DNA of 64,000 bases from an uncultured Bacteroidota bacterium (GCA_963779225.1 CAVZWW010000003.1:1503835-1567834); one strand, 5' to 3'; shown: positions 7,301 to 15,806, numbered from the stretch's first letter. The notes: generated by a model not told the origin, from the sequence alone. Made by a program: numbers and translations.

Positions 7301-9944
7301 CCAGCGCCTGACCGCGGGCGATGACACGAGGCAGCAGGTGTCCTTCTGGGGGGACTGGGACGGCAGCAACCGGCCTTCGGGTCAGGGTCATCGTCTTGTG
7401 GCGACGACCCTGATGGCCAATGTCACGCGCATGTCACGTTTACTCTCGCTTGTCGTGCGGTCGGCGGACCCGCCGGGAGTTGACAGCTCGCTCGTCGATG
7501 AACTCCGGCAATTGCCGGAGAAGAACACACGATTTTCTGTTCTGCTGCATGATATCACCCGGTTGACCCATCAGCTGGAGAAACGATATCGCGGCATCCT
7601 CCCGGTTTTCGTCAAACCCGGGGCCGTCCGCGGTCTCGGCATGAAACTGGGTATTGCGCGTGACCCGCTAACGCTTCTCTGGCGCCATAACGACCGCCTG
7701 GAACGGAAGATGTTCCATCTGCGGACGCAACGACGGGAATCCCTCGAATACTACTTCAGCCTCAACAAGCGGTTGCGCAAGCAGCTCCACGGGTTGATAC
7801 GCGTCATTCAGCAGCAGCGGCACGACGTGCGCCTTCTGGTCGAAGCAGGGCAGTATGGCGACCTGCTGCAGCGCATGGTGATTACCCCCCGGATCCATCA
7901 GAATATCATCACCGCGCAGGATTCGTTTGCCATCGACACCACCGTGCACAACATCTATGAAATCAACGAGATATCCGGACGGTACGGCAACCCGGGCATG
8001 ATCCTCACCCTTCAGGTGAGTATGTCGACGAAGGCGGAGGCGCTTATCGCGCTCGACAGGAAAATGCGGGCGCATCACGAGCAGACGCTGCGCGAGCATC
8101 CGGATCTCGAGTTGCCGATCGTGAGGCTCGTTCCGCTGTTCGAAGATCTGGATGCCATTGAGTCGATCCCCGCCTATCTCCAGCAGATCTGGGATTATGC
8201 GTTCCAGAGCCGCCGGCTCAATCAGGAAACGGAGGATCGGTTTGTCGAAATCATCGGAGAAGTGTTCATCGCCGGTTCGGATATCAGTCAGCAGGTGGGA
8301 CAGGCGGCGGGGGCGGTGCTGTATCGAAGAGCCAAGCACAAAATCATCGTCTGGCTTGCCGAACACCGGCTCGTCGATCATGTGCGGTTGAAAATGGGAA
8401 GCGGGGAGCCCATGCAGCGCCAGGGCGGCTACTATGCACCGATGTCGGGGAAACCTGCCTTTGAGCGGGGGACGCTCGCGTCGCTGCCGGCATCGCTGCC
8501 TGCAGCGGCGCGCAAGAGTGCACAGTACGCGACAACGCCGGTGATGGGGATCTTCGGGGGCGGGGACCTTCGCACCCTTCAGGGGACAATTTCCGAACAG
8601 CTGCGGTCTCTGCCGGTGGAGGAACGTCTGCACGTCCTCCATCACCTCCGGGAAGCGCAGCGCCATCATCGATCCGCTCTTATCAGTGCCGCGGAAGCGC
8701 TCGTGGAAAGCAGGATGAAGCAGCACAACAGGGGGTCGCAGCAGCTGGAGAGGCTGACGATCGGGAACGCTGATTCCGTTTATGACCGATTCATCGACAT
8801 GCTGACCGAGGATTTCCGTCAGATTCTGTACGGAAGGGAGGAGGATGCGCTGGGGATTCACATCATTGCCTATTTCATTGCCCGCTCTATGCCACAGCTG
8901 CGTGATCGTCCGACCGTCCGTCCCGTCCGGGGGAGTGCCGGCGCTCGCGGTCAGGAAATACTCGGTGAGGTCGCGCGCATGATCCCGTTGAGCCGGCGGG
9001 GCAGCCTCCTCCGGGCCATCGCGCACAATCAGTCGCAGACAATGGTGCTGGGCATCAATCAATTGACGACCGGTCTGTTTCGGGCGCTTCAACGCTTTGC
9101 CGGAGTGGAGTTCACCGAAGGGCATGCGGAGACTCTGATCGTCGATCGCATTCTTCCCCAGCTTCCTGTGTACGAGATCCTGCAGTCGCTCCGGTTGTAT
9201 CATGATCCGGAACTGCGCTGGCTGAAGGAGGTCGAGGCGGCGTTTCCCGCGGGCAATTCAGCTTTTCTGGCTTTGCGTGAAGACAATGACAGCATGCCGC
9301 ACTTCATCGGCCTCCTGCAGCAGGAATTACTGCGCCGCCATGGGATGGATGTTAATGACTTCTTTGACGACGGGAAGCTCCTTCCTGATTTGCTCCCCCA
9401 TCTCCGGCCGGATCTGGCGATACTCCTCCAGGGGAATCTGTTCAACACCGACGTGGAGCAGATGCTGGATGGCGTTCACACGTCGTTCAACACGGCCTGG
9501 AGGAATGCGGTGGCGGAAGGTATGGGCATACCGGATCAGATCCGGACCTGGCGGTCGGCCATCTGGGGGTTGCTGAAGCAGCCGATAGTGGATCGCGTCC
9601 GGAGTTTTGCCGAACTTGCCGTGGCACTTCATTCTCTTTCCCCCGCGGACATTGCGGGTGTGGCAACCGGGAGGCCGTCGAAGCTCAAAGTTTCCGATGA
9701 GCTTTCGCACTTCTTCCGTTCCGCGAATCAGAATGACGAGCTTCGCGATTTTCTGGCATCGACGCTCCGGTATCTCACGGCGTTGTCGGAGGGGATGCTG
9801 GAGGTGCCGGTGTCCATTATCCGTTCCATCAAGGAAGTCGAACGAATCGCGATGATCGAAGAGCAGGAGGTTTCGCCGGAGAAGCAGGATTTGTTGCGGT
9901 ATTACCTGCTACAGATCGCGCGTGTGGCGGGGGAGAACGGGTAG
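4341..9944 (+). CDS. giant 1867-aa cytoplasmic multidomain protein. A PLP-dependent aminotransferase class I/II fold region (about aa 40-900, possibly a tandem pseudo-dimer) is fused to a C-terminal PEP-carboxylase-like domain (about aa 930-1867).
   Basis: Aminotransferase motifs include NFHIGNP near the N-terminus, then VVVSGSSRTAL, EVIIPDLSWSY, AVAINNPHNATGRVF, ILVIDDLSYQD and VHSVSKTDSLAGARLAVV (a Lys-containing SxSK motif). PEPC-like motifs include VSMSTKAEALIAL (compare ISMAKTPSDVLAV), RLVPLFEDLDAI (compare VPLFETIEDL), EVFIAGSDISQQVGQAAG (compare MIGYSDSAKDAG), LKMGSGEPMQRQGGYYAP (compare LFHGRGGSIGRGGAP) and a C-terminus ...IARVAGENG (compare ...IAAGLRNTG). The start is GTG at 4341 with no obvious ribosome-binding site, so the start is uncertain. 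Confidence 0.75.
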   Translation: MSSTSSHHIDPLWPFRLKPIKAARVSEISEATAASETPPEERVNFHIGNPVQDERLRSAYLRMVLGIDIRRDDLGEDATDQLLAELAWEPDDRRVIEFLRTLIGKSGPYTPRGGFTRANPHRITQELSRWLQQQETLTYDLGQVTGKREIILASGGIAETLRVLLHALSANLVERSAHFFFLNTDVEVDEDLFSGMRFERLPSDGQSALARMAEHFTSVREMPTFLFIGCALQEDTRRALRQMSIEAPLMFIEANDEPNHRSLAREAKLVHRVVRMLTPGIFSPKLRDLSTVFLLGNAGILGVFESMHFQLKGTPSASELELLAYLLDRREDWEGVATTSIELPIDRQGERFVALSNVGKPLAGYAARVERLAEHATENRVGRLVERALNIGARVDLAVQRLQERAHAPGVEMFAHTDARTLVTDLAANVESVAWRVALRDSFLQVFLRSHPEYLPSACVVVSGSSRTALGLLGFHCGIREVIIPDLSWSYEHCFPRVEAVPLTPDYTLDADAILAVVRRKLAADPQWHRYGAVAINNPHNATGRVFREHDVSRLLVGLLEMNILVIDDLSYQDVAPEEGLPGIATLRQLADGLVRAGRLTEQQTVNVVTVHSVSKTDSLAGARLAVVEIRQAGLRKAFLRVEERIQPNIAAILMTYLFYRNTPEVPRAYWQLRNRIFLERSEALLQASTQLPKERNTFAIRILPPTGSMYPLMVIDRLPSGLSLDWLASGLARQGIGILPLSTFARTEEGFETGRKTFRLTLGGTDGAETLRIKTRRVLIDLNRLVEQEAFRYNRHYASLITVPVRFQETQDSARWAEAMETVQHECVRMMHPAPRPFQGVVADARFSEEYVPARLATLHRRYRDRLMLADYTIAAADVDGARSLAVRLEREFYKDSLTQRQATFQNRLYDRTVHPTQMYSIKVEQAADEVIAGIVRGEGATTQAATSLAKALQAEFLGLNVAISSSEESDELLLDLDALIAAENLQRLTAGDDTRQQVSFWGDWDGSNRPSGQGHRLVATTLMANVTRMSRLLSLVVRSADPPGVDSSLVDELRQLPEKNTRFSVLLHDITRLTHQLEKRYRGILPVFVKPGAVRGLGMKLGIARDPLTLLWRHNDRLERKMFHLRTQRRESLEYYFSLNKRLRKQLHGLIRVIQQQRHDVRLLVEAGQYGDLLQRMVITPRIHQNIITAQDSFAIDTTVHNIYEINEISGRYGNPGMILTLQVSMSTKAEALIALDRKMRAHHEQTLREHPDLELPIVRLVPLFEDLDAIESIPAYLQQIWDYAFQSRRLNQETEDRFVEIIGEVFIAGSDISQQVGQAAGAVLYRRAKHKIIVWLAEHRLVDHVRLKMGSGEPMQRQGGYYAPMSGKPAFERGTLASLPASLPAAARKSAQYATTPVMGIFGGGDLRTLQGTISEQLRSLPVEERLHVLHHLREAQRHHRSALISAAEALVESRMKQHNRGSQQLERLTIGNADSVYDRFIDMLTEDFRQILYGREEDALGIHIIAYFIARSMPQLRDRPTVRPVRGSAGARGQEILGEVARMIPLSRRGSLLRAIAHNQSQTMVLGINQLTTGLFRALQRFAGVEFTEGHAETLIVDRILPQLPVYEILQSLRLYHDPELRWLKEVEAAFPAGNSAFLALREDNDSMPHFIGLLQQELLRRHGMDVNDFFDDGKLLPDLLPHLRPDLAILLQGNLFNTDVEQMLDGVHTSFNTAWRNAVAEGMGIPDQIRTWRSAIWGLLKQPIVDRVRSFAELAVALHSLSPADIAGVATGRPSKLKVSDELSHFFRSANQNDELRDFLASTLRYLTALSEGMLEVPVSIIRSIKEVERIAMIEEQEVSPEKQDLLRYYLLQIARVAGENG

Positions 9945-10028
9945 GATTCCGGAAATCCCGGTTTTCGTCGTTTTCGTTTGACAATGAAGACCGCCGTTTG
10001 TAGATTTCGTCAGTGATAATTCCCAGGC

Positions 10029-10053
10029 TCACTCTCACAGCAGTGAGTTTTTT
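10029..10053 (+). terminator. rho-independent terminator-like hairpin (GCTCACT-8nt-AGTGAGT followed by TTTTTT) 85 bp after the giant ORF
   Basis: A 6-7 bp stem is followed by a six-T run, which is rare in this GC-rich sequence. Confidence 0.5.
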
Positions 10054-10061
10054 GTGTGAAT

Positions 10062-10081
10062 TGATGTTAGCGCTAACATCA
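10062..10081. promoter_or_regulatory. Perfect 20-bp palindrome TGATGTTAGCGCTAACATCA; candidate LacI-family operator (site 1 of 3), 91 bp upstream of galT.
   Basis: The core TGTTAGCGCTAACA fits the generic LacI/CcpA-type operator pattern TGnnAnCGnTnnCA with a central CG. An identical 20-mer occurs at 12636-12655 and the 14-bp core at 56126-56139. Confidence 0.5.
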
Positions 10082-10171
10082 TGCGGGGAAAACATTTGCT
10101 GTCGCCAGGGAGCGCAACAAATTGGGCGCCGACTGCTTAACACTGGAAAGAACAAGGCCCTGCTCGCTTCG

Positions 10172-11200
10172 ATGAACCTTGCAGATCACCCTCACAGGCG
10201 ATACAACCCCCTCTCCGGAGAATGGATACTCGTGTCGCCCCACAGGACAAAACGGCCCTGGCAAGGCAAACAGGAACCTCTGGGTGACCTTCATCGTCCG
10301 GCGCACGATCCGGACTGTTACCTGTGTCCCGGCAATACCCGTGCCGGCGGCCATAAGAACCCGGACTATACGGGGACCTACGTCTTCACCAACGACTTTG
10401 CAGCGCTCCTCCCGGATGGTCCGGTTACATCCGCCACTCCCCATCCGCTCGTCAGGTATGAAGGAATTCAGGGGACGAGCCGGGTTGTCTGCTTTTCGCC
10501 GCGACACGATCTCACGCTCCCGGAGCTTGCGATCCCTGAAATACGTCAGGTGGTTGACACCTGGGTACGGGAGTCGGCTGAACTGGGCAAGCTCTACCGC
10601 TGGGTCCAGATTTTTGAAAACAAGGGTGAGATGATGGGATGTTCGAACCCCCACCCTCATGGGCAGATCTGGGCGGGGTCGTCATTGCCCGCCGAACCGG
10701 CAAAGGAACATCGCCAACAGCGGGAGTATCTCACGCAGACCGGGGCGATCCTCTTGTTGGACTACCTGCGGTACGAAGTTGAATGCTCCGAGCGGGTCGT
10801 GCTGGAAAACACACACTGGGTTTGCCTGGTGCCATTCTGGGCGGTGTGGCCCTTCGAAGTGGTACTCCTTCCCCGGCGGCATGTTCTGCGTCTGACAGAC
10901 CTGATGGAGGGGGAACGGGACATGCTTGCAGACATCCTCAAGCGTCTTCTGACACGCCTTGACAATCTTTTTCAGATTCCCTTTCCGTATACATTCGGCT
11001 GGCACGGTGCACCGTATCAGGAACATGCCCCCGAATTCTGGCAGCTCCATGCGCATCTGATGCCCCCGCTTCTCCGTTCTGCCACCGTGCAGAAATTCAT
11101 GGTCGGCTATGAGCTGCTTGCGGAGCCTCAACGTGACATTACACCCGAACAGGCCGCCGCGACGATGCGGACTATGCCGGAGGTTCGATTCCAGCCGTGA
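10172..11200 (+). CDS. galT: galactose-1-phosphate uridylyltransferase
   Basis: [25 protein letters not shown], a CxxC zinc motif and the active-site HPHGQIW motif are present. The ORF track start at 10013 is replaced by the in-frame ATG at 10172, which matches the usual GalT N-terminus. Confidence 0.9.
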   Translation: MNLADHPHRRYNPLSGEWILVSPHRTKRPWQGKQEPLGDLHRPAHDPDCYLCPGNTRAGGHKNPDYTGTYVFTNDFAALLPDGPVTSATPHPLVRYEGIQGTSRVVCFSPRHDLTLPELAIPEIRQVVDTWVRESAELGKLYRWVQIFENKGEMMGCSNPHPHGQIWAGSSLPAEPAKEHRQQREYLTQTGAILLLDYLRYEVECSERVVLENTHWVCLVPFWAVWPFEVVLLPRRHVLRLTDLMEGERDMLADILKRLLTRLDNLFQIPFPYTFGWHGAPYQEHAPEFWQLHAHLMPPLLRSATVQKFMVGYELLAEPQRDITPEQAAATMRTMPEVRFQP

Positions 11201-11325
11201 CACCGATTCCGGCCATGGGGCACGTCTCTGGCCCCGGCTGCGTCACGGTGTTGACTCTCCGGAGCATTGGAGCCATAGCTCTCTTTCCCCACTATGTTCT
11301 TCACCATTAAGAAGGAACTCCCGTC

Positions 11326-12474
11326 ATGAAGTTCGCCAGACCGGTACTTCGGTATGCACTCGTCCTGATCATTGCAAGTTTGAGTGGGTGTTCAAAAAGA
11401 ACGGAGGAGGCCGGAGTCATGAAACCGCAACCCTTTGGAACCACGGCCGACGGAGCAGAGGTTTCCCTCTATACGCTGAAGAACCGCGCCGGCATGGAGG
11501 CGACAATCACAAACTACGGGGGGATCGTTGTCTCGCTACGTGTGCCGGACAGGATGGGGAAGTTCGACGATGTAGTGCTTGGATATGAATCCCTCACAGG
11601 GTATCTCAAAGAGACACCGTATTTCGGTGCGCTGATCGGGAGGTACGGGAACCGTATCGCCAGGGGGAAGTTCACGCTCAATGGGAAGGGATACTCCCTT
11701 GCGACAAACAACGGCAAGAATCATCTGCACGGGGGCCTGAAAGGTTTTGACAAGGTGGTCTGGACGGCCGAGCAGACAGAGACGCCGGCGGGTCCTTCGC
11801 TTGTGCTCACCTATCTGAGCAAGGACGGTGAAGAAGGATATCCGGGCAATCTGCGGGTACGGGCGGTCTACACCGTTACCGAAGCCAATGAACTCGCCGT
11901 GGAGTTTTCAGCGACGACCGACAAACCGACGGTGGTGAACCTGACGCATCATTCATACTTCAATCTTGCCGGTGCCGCATCGCCGACAACCATTCTCAAC
12001 CATACCATCATGATCGATGCGGACCGGTTCACGCCGATAGACAGCGGCCTGATCCCCACGGGTGAGCTGCGGGAAGTTACTGGAACCCCGATGGATTTCA
12101 GGACCCCGACGCCTATTGGTGCCAGGATAGATGTGGCTGACGAGCAGCTGCGGTTTGGCCTGGGGTATGATCACAACTGGGTGTTGAACAAGAGGGACCA
12201 GGGCATGAGGCTGGCGGCACGGGTGGAGGAGTCCACGACGGGAAGAATTCTGGAGGTTCTGACTTCGGAACCGGGGATACAGTTCTACTCGGGGAATTTT
12301 CTGGACGGCACGCTGGTGGGCAAGGGGGGGAAAGCATACGTGTACAGGTACGGCTTCTGCCTGGAGCCCCAGCATTTCCCCGATTCGCCGAACAAACCGG
12401 ACTTCCCGACCGTCGTGTTGAATCCCGGGCAGACGTACGGGCACAAGATATTGTATAGATTTCTGGTCAGGTAG
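11326..12474 (+). CDS. galM: aldose 1-epimerase (galactose mutarotase), lipoprotein
   Basis: A lipobox (LSGC) is present. GalM motifs include YGGIVVSLRVPDRMG, GALIGRYGNRIA, NHLHGG and THHSYFNL. Confidence 0.85.
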   Translation: MKFARPVLRYALVLIIASLSGCSKRTEEAGVMKPQPFGTTADGAEVSLYTLKNRAGMEATITNYGGIVVSLRVPDRMGKFDDVVLGYESLTGYLKETPYFGALIGRYGNRIARGKFTLNGKGYSLATNNGKNHLHGGLKGFDKVVWTAEQTETPAGPSLVLTYLSKDGEEGYPGNLRVRAVYTVTEANELAVEFSATTDKPTVVNLTHHSYFNLAGAASPTTILNHTIMIDADRFTPIDSGLIPTGELREVTGTPMDFRTPTPIGARIDVADEQLRFGLGYDHNWVLNKRDQGMRLAARVEESTTGRILEVLTSEPGIQFYSGNFLDGTLVGKGGKAYVYRYGFCLEPQHFPDSPNKPDFPTVVLNPGQTYGHKILYRFLVR

Positions 12475-12516
12475 CCAAGGGGACCTATGCCCTGGCCGGA
12501 TTCAGTAACTTCATAA

Positions 12517-12548
12517 GTGACTTTATAATTGACTTTACCATTGACTTT
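12517..12548. repeat. Three tandem 12-bp direct repeats (GTGACTTTATAA / TTGACTTTACCA / TTGACTTTCTGA) in an AT-rich island.
   Basis: Read directly from the sequence. The helical-turn spacing and the TTGAC cores suggest a promoter or transcription-factor binding array. The repeats lie about 330 bp upstream of the 12880 operon and about 90 bp upstream of operator site 2. Confidence 0.4.
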
Positions 12549-12635
12549 CTGATCAGTAAGTGGTAAAATTTGGCTAATCCTCTATGTATTTCTGAAATTA
12601 CACGCTGGCTCTTGCGGCCCATGTTGTGTGTGGAC

Positions 12636-12655
12636 TGATGTTAGCGCTAACATCA
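12636..12655. promoter_or_regulatory. Second copy of the palindrome TGATGTTAGCGCTAACATCA (LacI-type operator candidate), 225 bp upstream of the 12880 gene.
   Basis: Identical 20-mer to site 1. Both copies are preceded by a GTGTG-containing stretch. Confidence 0.5.
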
Positions 12656-12879
12656 GAAGATGAAATGATGTAACTTCCAGGTAGCGGATCGACTGTGCGG
12701 TGGGTCTCACCGCGATGCGCTCCGGAGTTCAACCACGGACAATTGTCCCTTAGCCCAAGAAAGGAGGTGAGCCGGCACTGACATGTGAACACTCCTGCCG
12801 TTCCACTATTATCGCGGAAAATTCCGCACACGGCAGCGAACGATGTTGGCAGCATGATAACATCTCATGGAGGGCACTA

Positions 12880-15042
12880 ATGAAATCCCGGTTCTCTTTG
12901 TTTGCCATAGTCGCACTGGCGGTGGTCAGTACCGTCGGGCTTCGTGCGCAGGGGCTCGAGCCGATTGGCGGTCCATACACCGTTGACTCGAACACGGTGG
13001 TGCTGCTGCACTTTGACAGCACACTGGTGAATGCCGCTGCAACAGTCGGCAAGACCGCTGCCGCCGCTGTTTCCCACACCACCAACCCGGCCAAGATTTA
13101 CTACATCAACAACACCGGCGTTACCGGTATGGGGAAATGCATCCGTCTGGACAACAGCGCCAGCACTGATTCAACGTACCTCATGGTGCCGGATACCGCG
13201 GCGTTGGATCTGACCGGCAGCTGGACCATTGAAGCCTGGGCGAACATCTTCACGTTTGGAGACAATGCCCAGGACTATCGCTGGGTTCCGCGTGTGTGCA
13301 TGAAACCCGCCGACGTGACGTTCTATGATGGCGCCAACTGGTGGATGGAAATGTGGGGCGACAGTCGTTCGTTCCAAACAGGTTATGTCGCAGAGTCAGG
13401 ATCGTACGTGACGACGTCGTCTCCCGCCAATATGTTCGTTCCGGGAGAATGGGTCCACCTGACGTTTATTCGCGACACCGCGCGTTCGTTTATCGCGGTC
13501 ATGGTTCATGATAAGGACAAAAACCTAAGAGGATTTATCACGCAGGGCTTTACCAAAGGCGATCAGCCACGTACAACGAAGCAGGCGGTGCACATAGGGT
13601 GGGCAGGAGCGGTTGGCATCACCAATGCAAGCAACGATTCATGGCTCGACGGATTTATTGATGAACTCCGCATCAGCAAAGTGGTCCGGAATTTTGCTGG
13701 ACCTCCGGTCATTTCGAACAAGATCATACTTCCAAACCAGCCGTCGACCGCAGGGTCCTATCCCGTCAGCGTCACTGCGTTCCCGCTCAATGCCGGCGGA
13801 AGCATCACGAGCGCAATGCTGATGTACCGCACCGACACCGTGAGTGCATTCAGCAGCGTCACCCTGAGCGCGGGTCCCAACGACACGTTCACCGGCGCCA
13901 TCCCCGGCCAGGCGTTCGGCACGATTGTGCAATACTACTACAAGGTGACGGACAACAACAGCCTGTATTCTCTGTTCCCGTCCAATGCTGAAACGACGAC
14001 CAATCCAACCCGGCTGTCCTTCGGTATCTATCAACCCAATTCGATGACGCTTGATCTGACATTCGAGGAAGGTCCGACCAACCCCCCGATCGACCATTCC
14101 CCGAACAACTGCACGATCGTTACGCGCGTACAGAAGGATTATTCGACGGACGTTCCGACGGGCGGCGGCACCTACTCGTGGCAGTTAAAGACCCACCCGG
14201 GAATCCTTATTGATTCCAACTGGGTTGAGGCTGTTTCGCCCTTCCTCGCGGCGGAAGAGTTCACACTAGACTGCTGGATCAAGGCAGACTCCGCCGACAG
14301 GCATGCAACACGGATCATCATCAACCCGTCTGCAGAGCAGGACTGGAATAACGCCAACTTCGAGCTGAGTTTCCGCAACGGTGCAACCCTCCCCGTCTTC
14401 ACTGCTCGATACTGGAACAATGACGGTTCCGGTGCGCCCACTCTGCAGGACACGCTTGTCGCAGGGACGGCACATGTCGGCAAATGGCGGCATGTCATCA
14501 TCGAGAGGAATAAGACGAGCAGCGAGTTCGCCATGGCAATCAAGGATGAGAACGACGTACTGATGTTCAAGAAGGTCGTCGCCGCGCCAAAACCCCCGCT
14601 GATGGCCGGTGCACCTCTCCGTATCGGACGGTCGTGGTTCGACGCTGCCGATAATTACTATGTCGCTCCCTTCCGCGGAAGAATCGACAACGTCAAGGTG
14701 TACAACTATCCGGCGGCCGGGATTACCACTTCAGTGGATCCTGGGGCCGGCGAAACCACACCGTACACGTTCGATCTGGCTCAGAACTATCCGAACCCGT
14801 TCAACCCGACCACGCGGATTGAGTTTGTGGTGCCGAAGGCGATGACTGCACAGCTCATCGTGTACGACGTGCTCGGCCGCGCGGTGAAGACGCTGTTCAA
14901 CGAAGAGACGCATGCCGGTTCGCACTTCGTTCAATGGGACGGCACGAACCAGGGTGGCCTGGGCGTGGCGAGCGGCGTCTACTTTGCCCGTTTGAGAGCG
15001 GGAGATTTCGAGAAGACGATGAAGATGATGCTCATGCGATGA
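12880..15042 (+). CDS. secreted T9SS cargo protein with two LamG/concanavalin-A-like lectin domains and a C-terminal T9SS sorting domain
   Basis: A signal peptide is present, together with the motifs IDELRISKVVRNF and IDNVKVYNY. The C-terminus ...QNYPNPFNPTTRIEFVVP...SGVYFARLRAGDFEKTMKMMLMR is a canonical type-A T9SS sorting domain. A GGAGGG ribosome-binding site is present. Confidence 0.8.
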   Translation: MKSRFSLFAIVALAVVSTVGLRAQGLEPIGGPYTVDSNTVVLLHFDSTLVNAAATVGKTAAAAVSHTTNPAKIYYINNTGVTGMGKCIRLDNSASTDSTYLMVPDTAALDLTGSWTIEAWANIFTFGDNAQDYRWVPRVCMKPADVTFYDGANWWMEMWGDSRSFQTGYVAESGSYVTTSSPANMFVPGEWVHLTFIRDTARSFIAVMVHDKDKNLRGFITQGFTKGDQPRTTKQAVHIGWAGAVGITNASNDSWLDGFIDELRISKVVRNFAGPPVISNKIILPNQPSTAGSYPVSVTAFPLNAGGSITSAMLMYRTDTVSAFSSVTLSAGPNDTFTGAIPGQAFGTIVQYYYKVTDNNSLYSLFPSNAETTTNPTRLSFGIYQPNSMTLDLTFEEGPTNPPIDHSPNNCTIVTRVQKDYSTDVPTGGGTYSWQLKTHPGILIDSNWVEAVSPFLAAEEFTLDCWIKADSADRHATRIIINPSAEQDWNNANFELSFRNGATLPVFTARYWNNDGSGAPTLQDTLVAGTAHVGKWRHVIIERNKTSSEFAMAIKDENDVLMFKKVVAAPKPPLMAGAPLRIGRSWFDAADNYYVAPFRGRIDNVKVYNYPAAGITTSVDPGAGETTPYTFDLAQNYPNPFNPTTRIEFVVPKAMTAQLIVYDVLGRAVKTLFNEETHAGSHFVQWDGTNQGGLGVASGVYFARLRAGDFEKTMKMMLMR

Positions 15043-15073
15043 GCAGGGAATTCGTGTTTTGCTAAAGAATTAA

Positions 15074-15130
15074 GCCCGCAGGGCAGGGGCCCCCGGTTGC
15101 ATAGAGCAGCCGGCGGGCCCTGCCGGCGGG
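15074..15130 (+). terminator. GC-rich imperfect hairpin after the 12880 gene (possible terminator or attenuator)
   Basis: GCCCGCAGGGCAGGGGCCC ... GGGCCCTGCCGGCGGG. The arms pair imperfectly and no T-tract follows. Confidence 0.25.
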
Positions 15131-15155
15131 TGTACATTGACCGATCGGGGCGCGT

Positions 15156-15806
15156 ATGCCGAAGAGGTACAGTCTATTCGTTCCCGCCATCATCCTTGCG
15201 GGAGTTCTCCTGTCCTGCAGAACAAGTGTCGAACCCTCTCCTGAGCCCGGCATCATCAGGGTGACGCTGAAGGGTGCGGACTGGGACACGAGCATCGTCA
15301 TCCAGAATGACACGTCGAAGTTTTCACGATGGGACAAGTTTGACGTGATGGTCTCACAGGGCAGATTGTACCAGGGCGAAATCTATGCGTACATCTACAA
15401 CAATCCGAGCAGTGAACGGAAGGCGAGCGACACGGCGAATATTCTCGGGCGGGAATGGCTGGACGGAACACCGATTACCACGGGCGATACGGCCACCATC
15501 ACACCGGCGAACAGCCGGTTCCGGAAGTACCTCGTGTTTGAATCCTATGCGCCTCCCGGTACGTATGACAGGATTTCTCTGTCGCTGGTTGCCTATGAGA
15601 TGGAGATCTTCATCCCCAAACACTATCTCAATCCGGTCATGCTCCCGCCCGACGTGGCGCCCGGCATAGATTTTCCCGGTACGTATACAATCACCGAAAA
15701 CGGTGTGACCGAAGTCGAGCTCGAGCTGGCTCCATACCAATCCCTGGTGCGGTATCAGGATATGTATTACTTTGAACGCAAAATCGCTGTTGTCGATGTG
15801 CACTAG
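15156..15806 (+). CDS. hypothetical lipoprotein
   Basis: The signal peptide carries a Cys (LLSC). No motif was recognised. Confidence 0.55.
   Translation: MPKRYSLFVPAIILAGVLLSCRTSVEPSPEPGIIRVTLKGADWDTSIVIQNDTSKFSRWDKFDVMVSQGRLYQGEIYAYIYNNPSSERKASDTANILGREWLDGTPITTGDTATITPANSRFRKYLVFESYAPPGTYDRISLSLVAYEMEIFIPKHYLNPVMLPPDVAPGIDFPGTYTITENGVTEVELELAPYQSLVRYQDMYYFERKIAVVDVH

Noticed and set aside
7668-9203. 511-aa minus-strand ORF inside the giant gene
   Set aside because: It is Arg/Pro-rich, has no motifs, and is fully antisense to a well-supported coding region. That is the typical spurious antisense ORF of GC-rich DNA.
9985-10010. Short tandem GTTTTCGT(C/T) duplication upstream of the terminator
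   Set aside because: There are only two copies in a 3' UTR. It is likely incidental.
10013-10171. Upstream extension of the galT ORF
   Set aside because: The extension ([24 protein letters not shown]...) covers the terminator hairpin and the palindromic operator. The GalT homology begins at the ATG at 10172.
12700-12860. Possible tRNA or small RNA in the 400-bp gap before the 12880 gene
   Set aside because: No cloverleaf-compatible segment was seen (no GTTCRANYC T-loop). The region is better explained as promoter, operator and 5' UTR.
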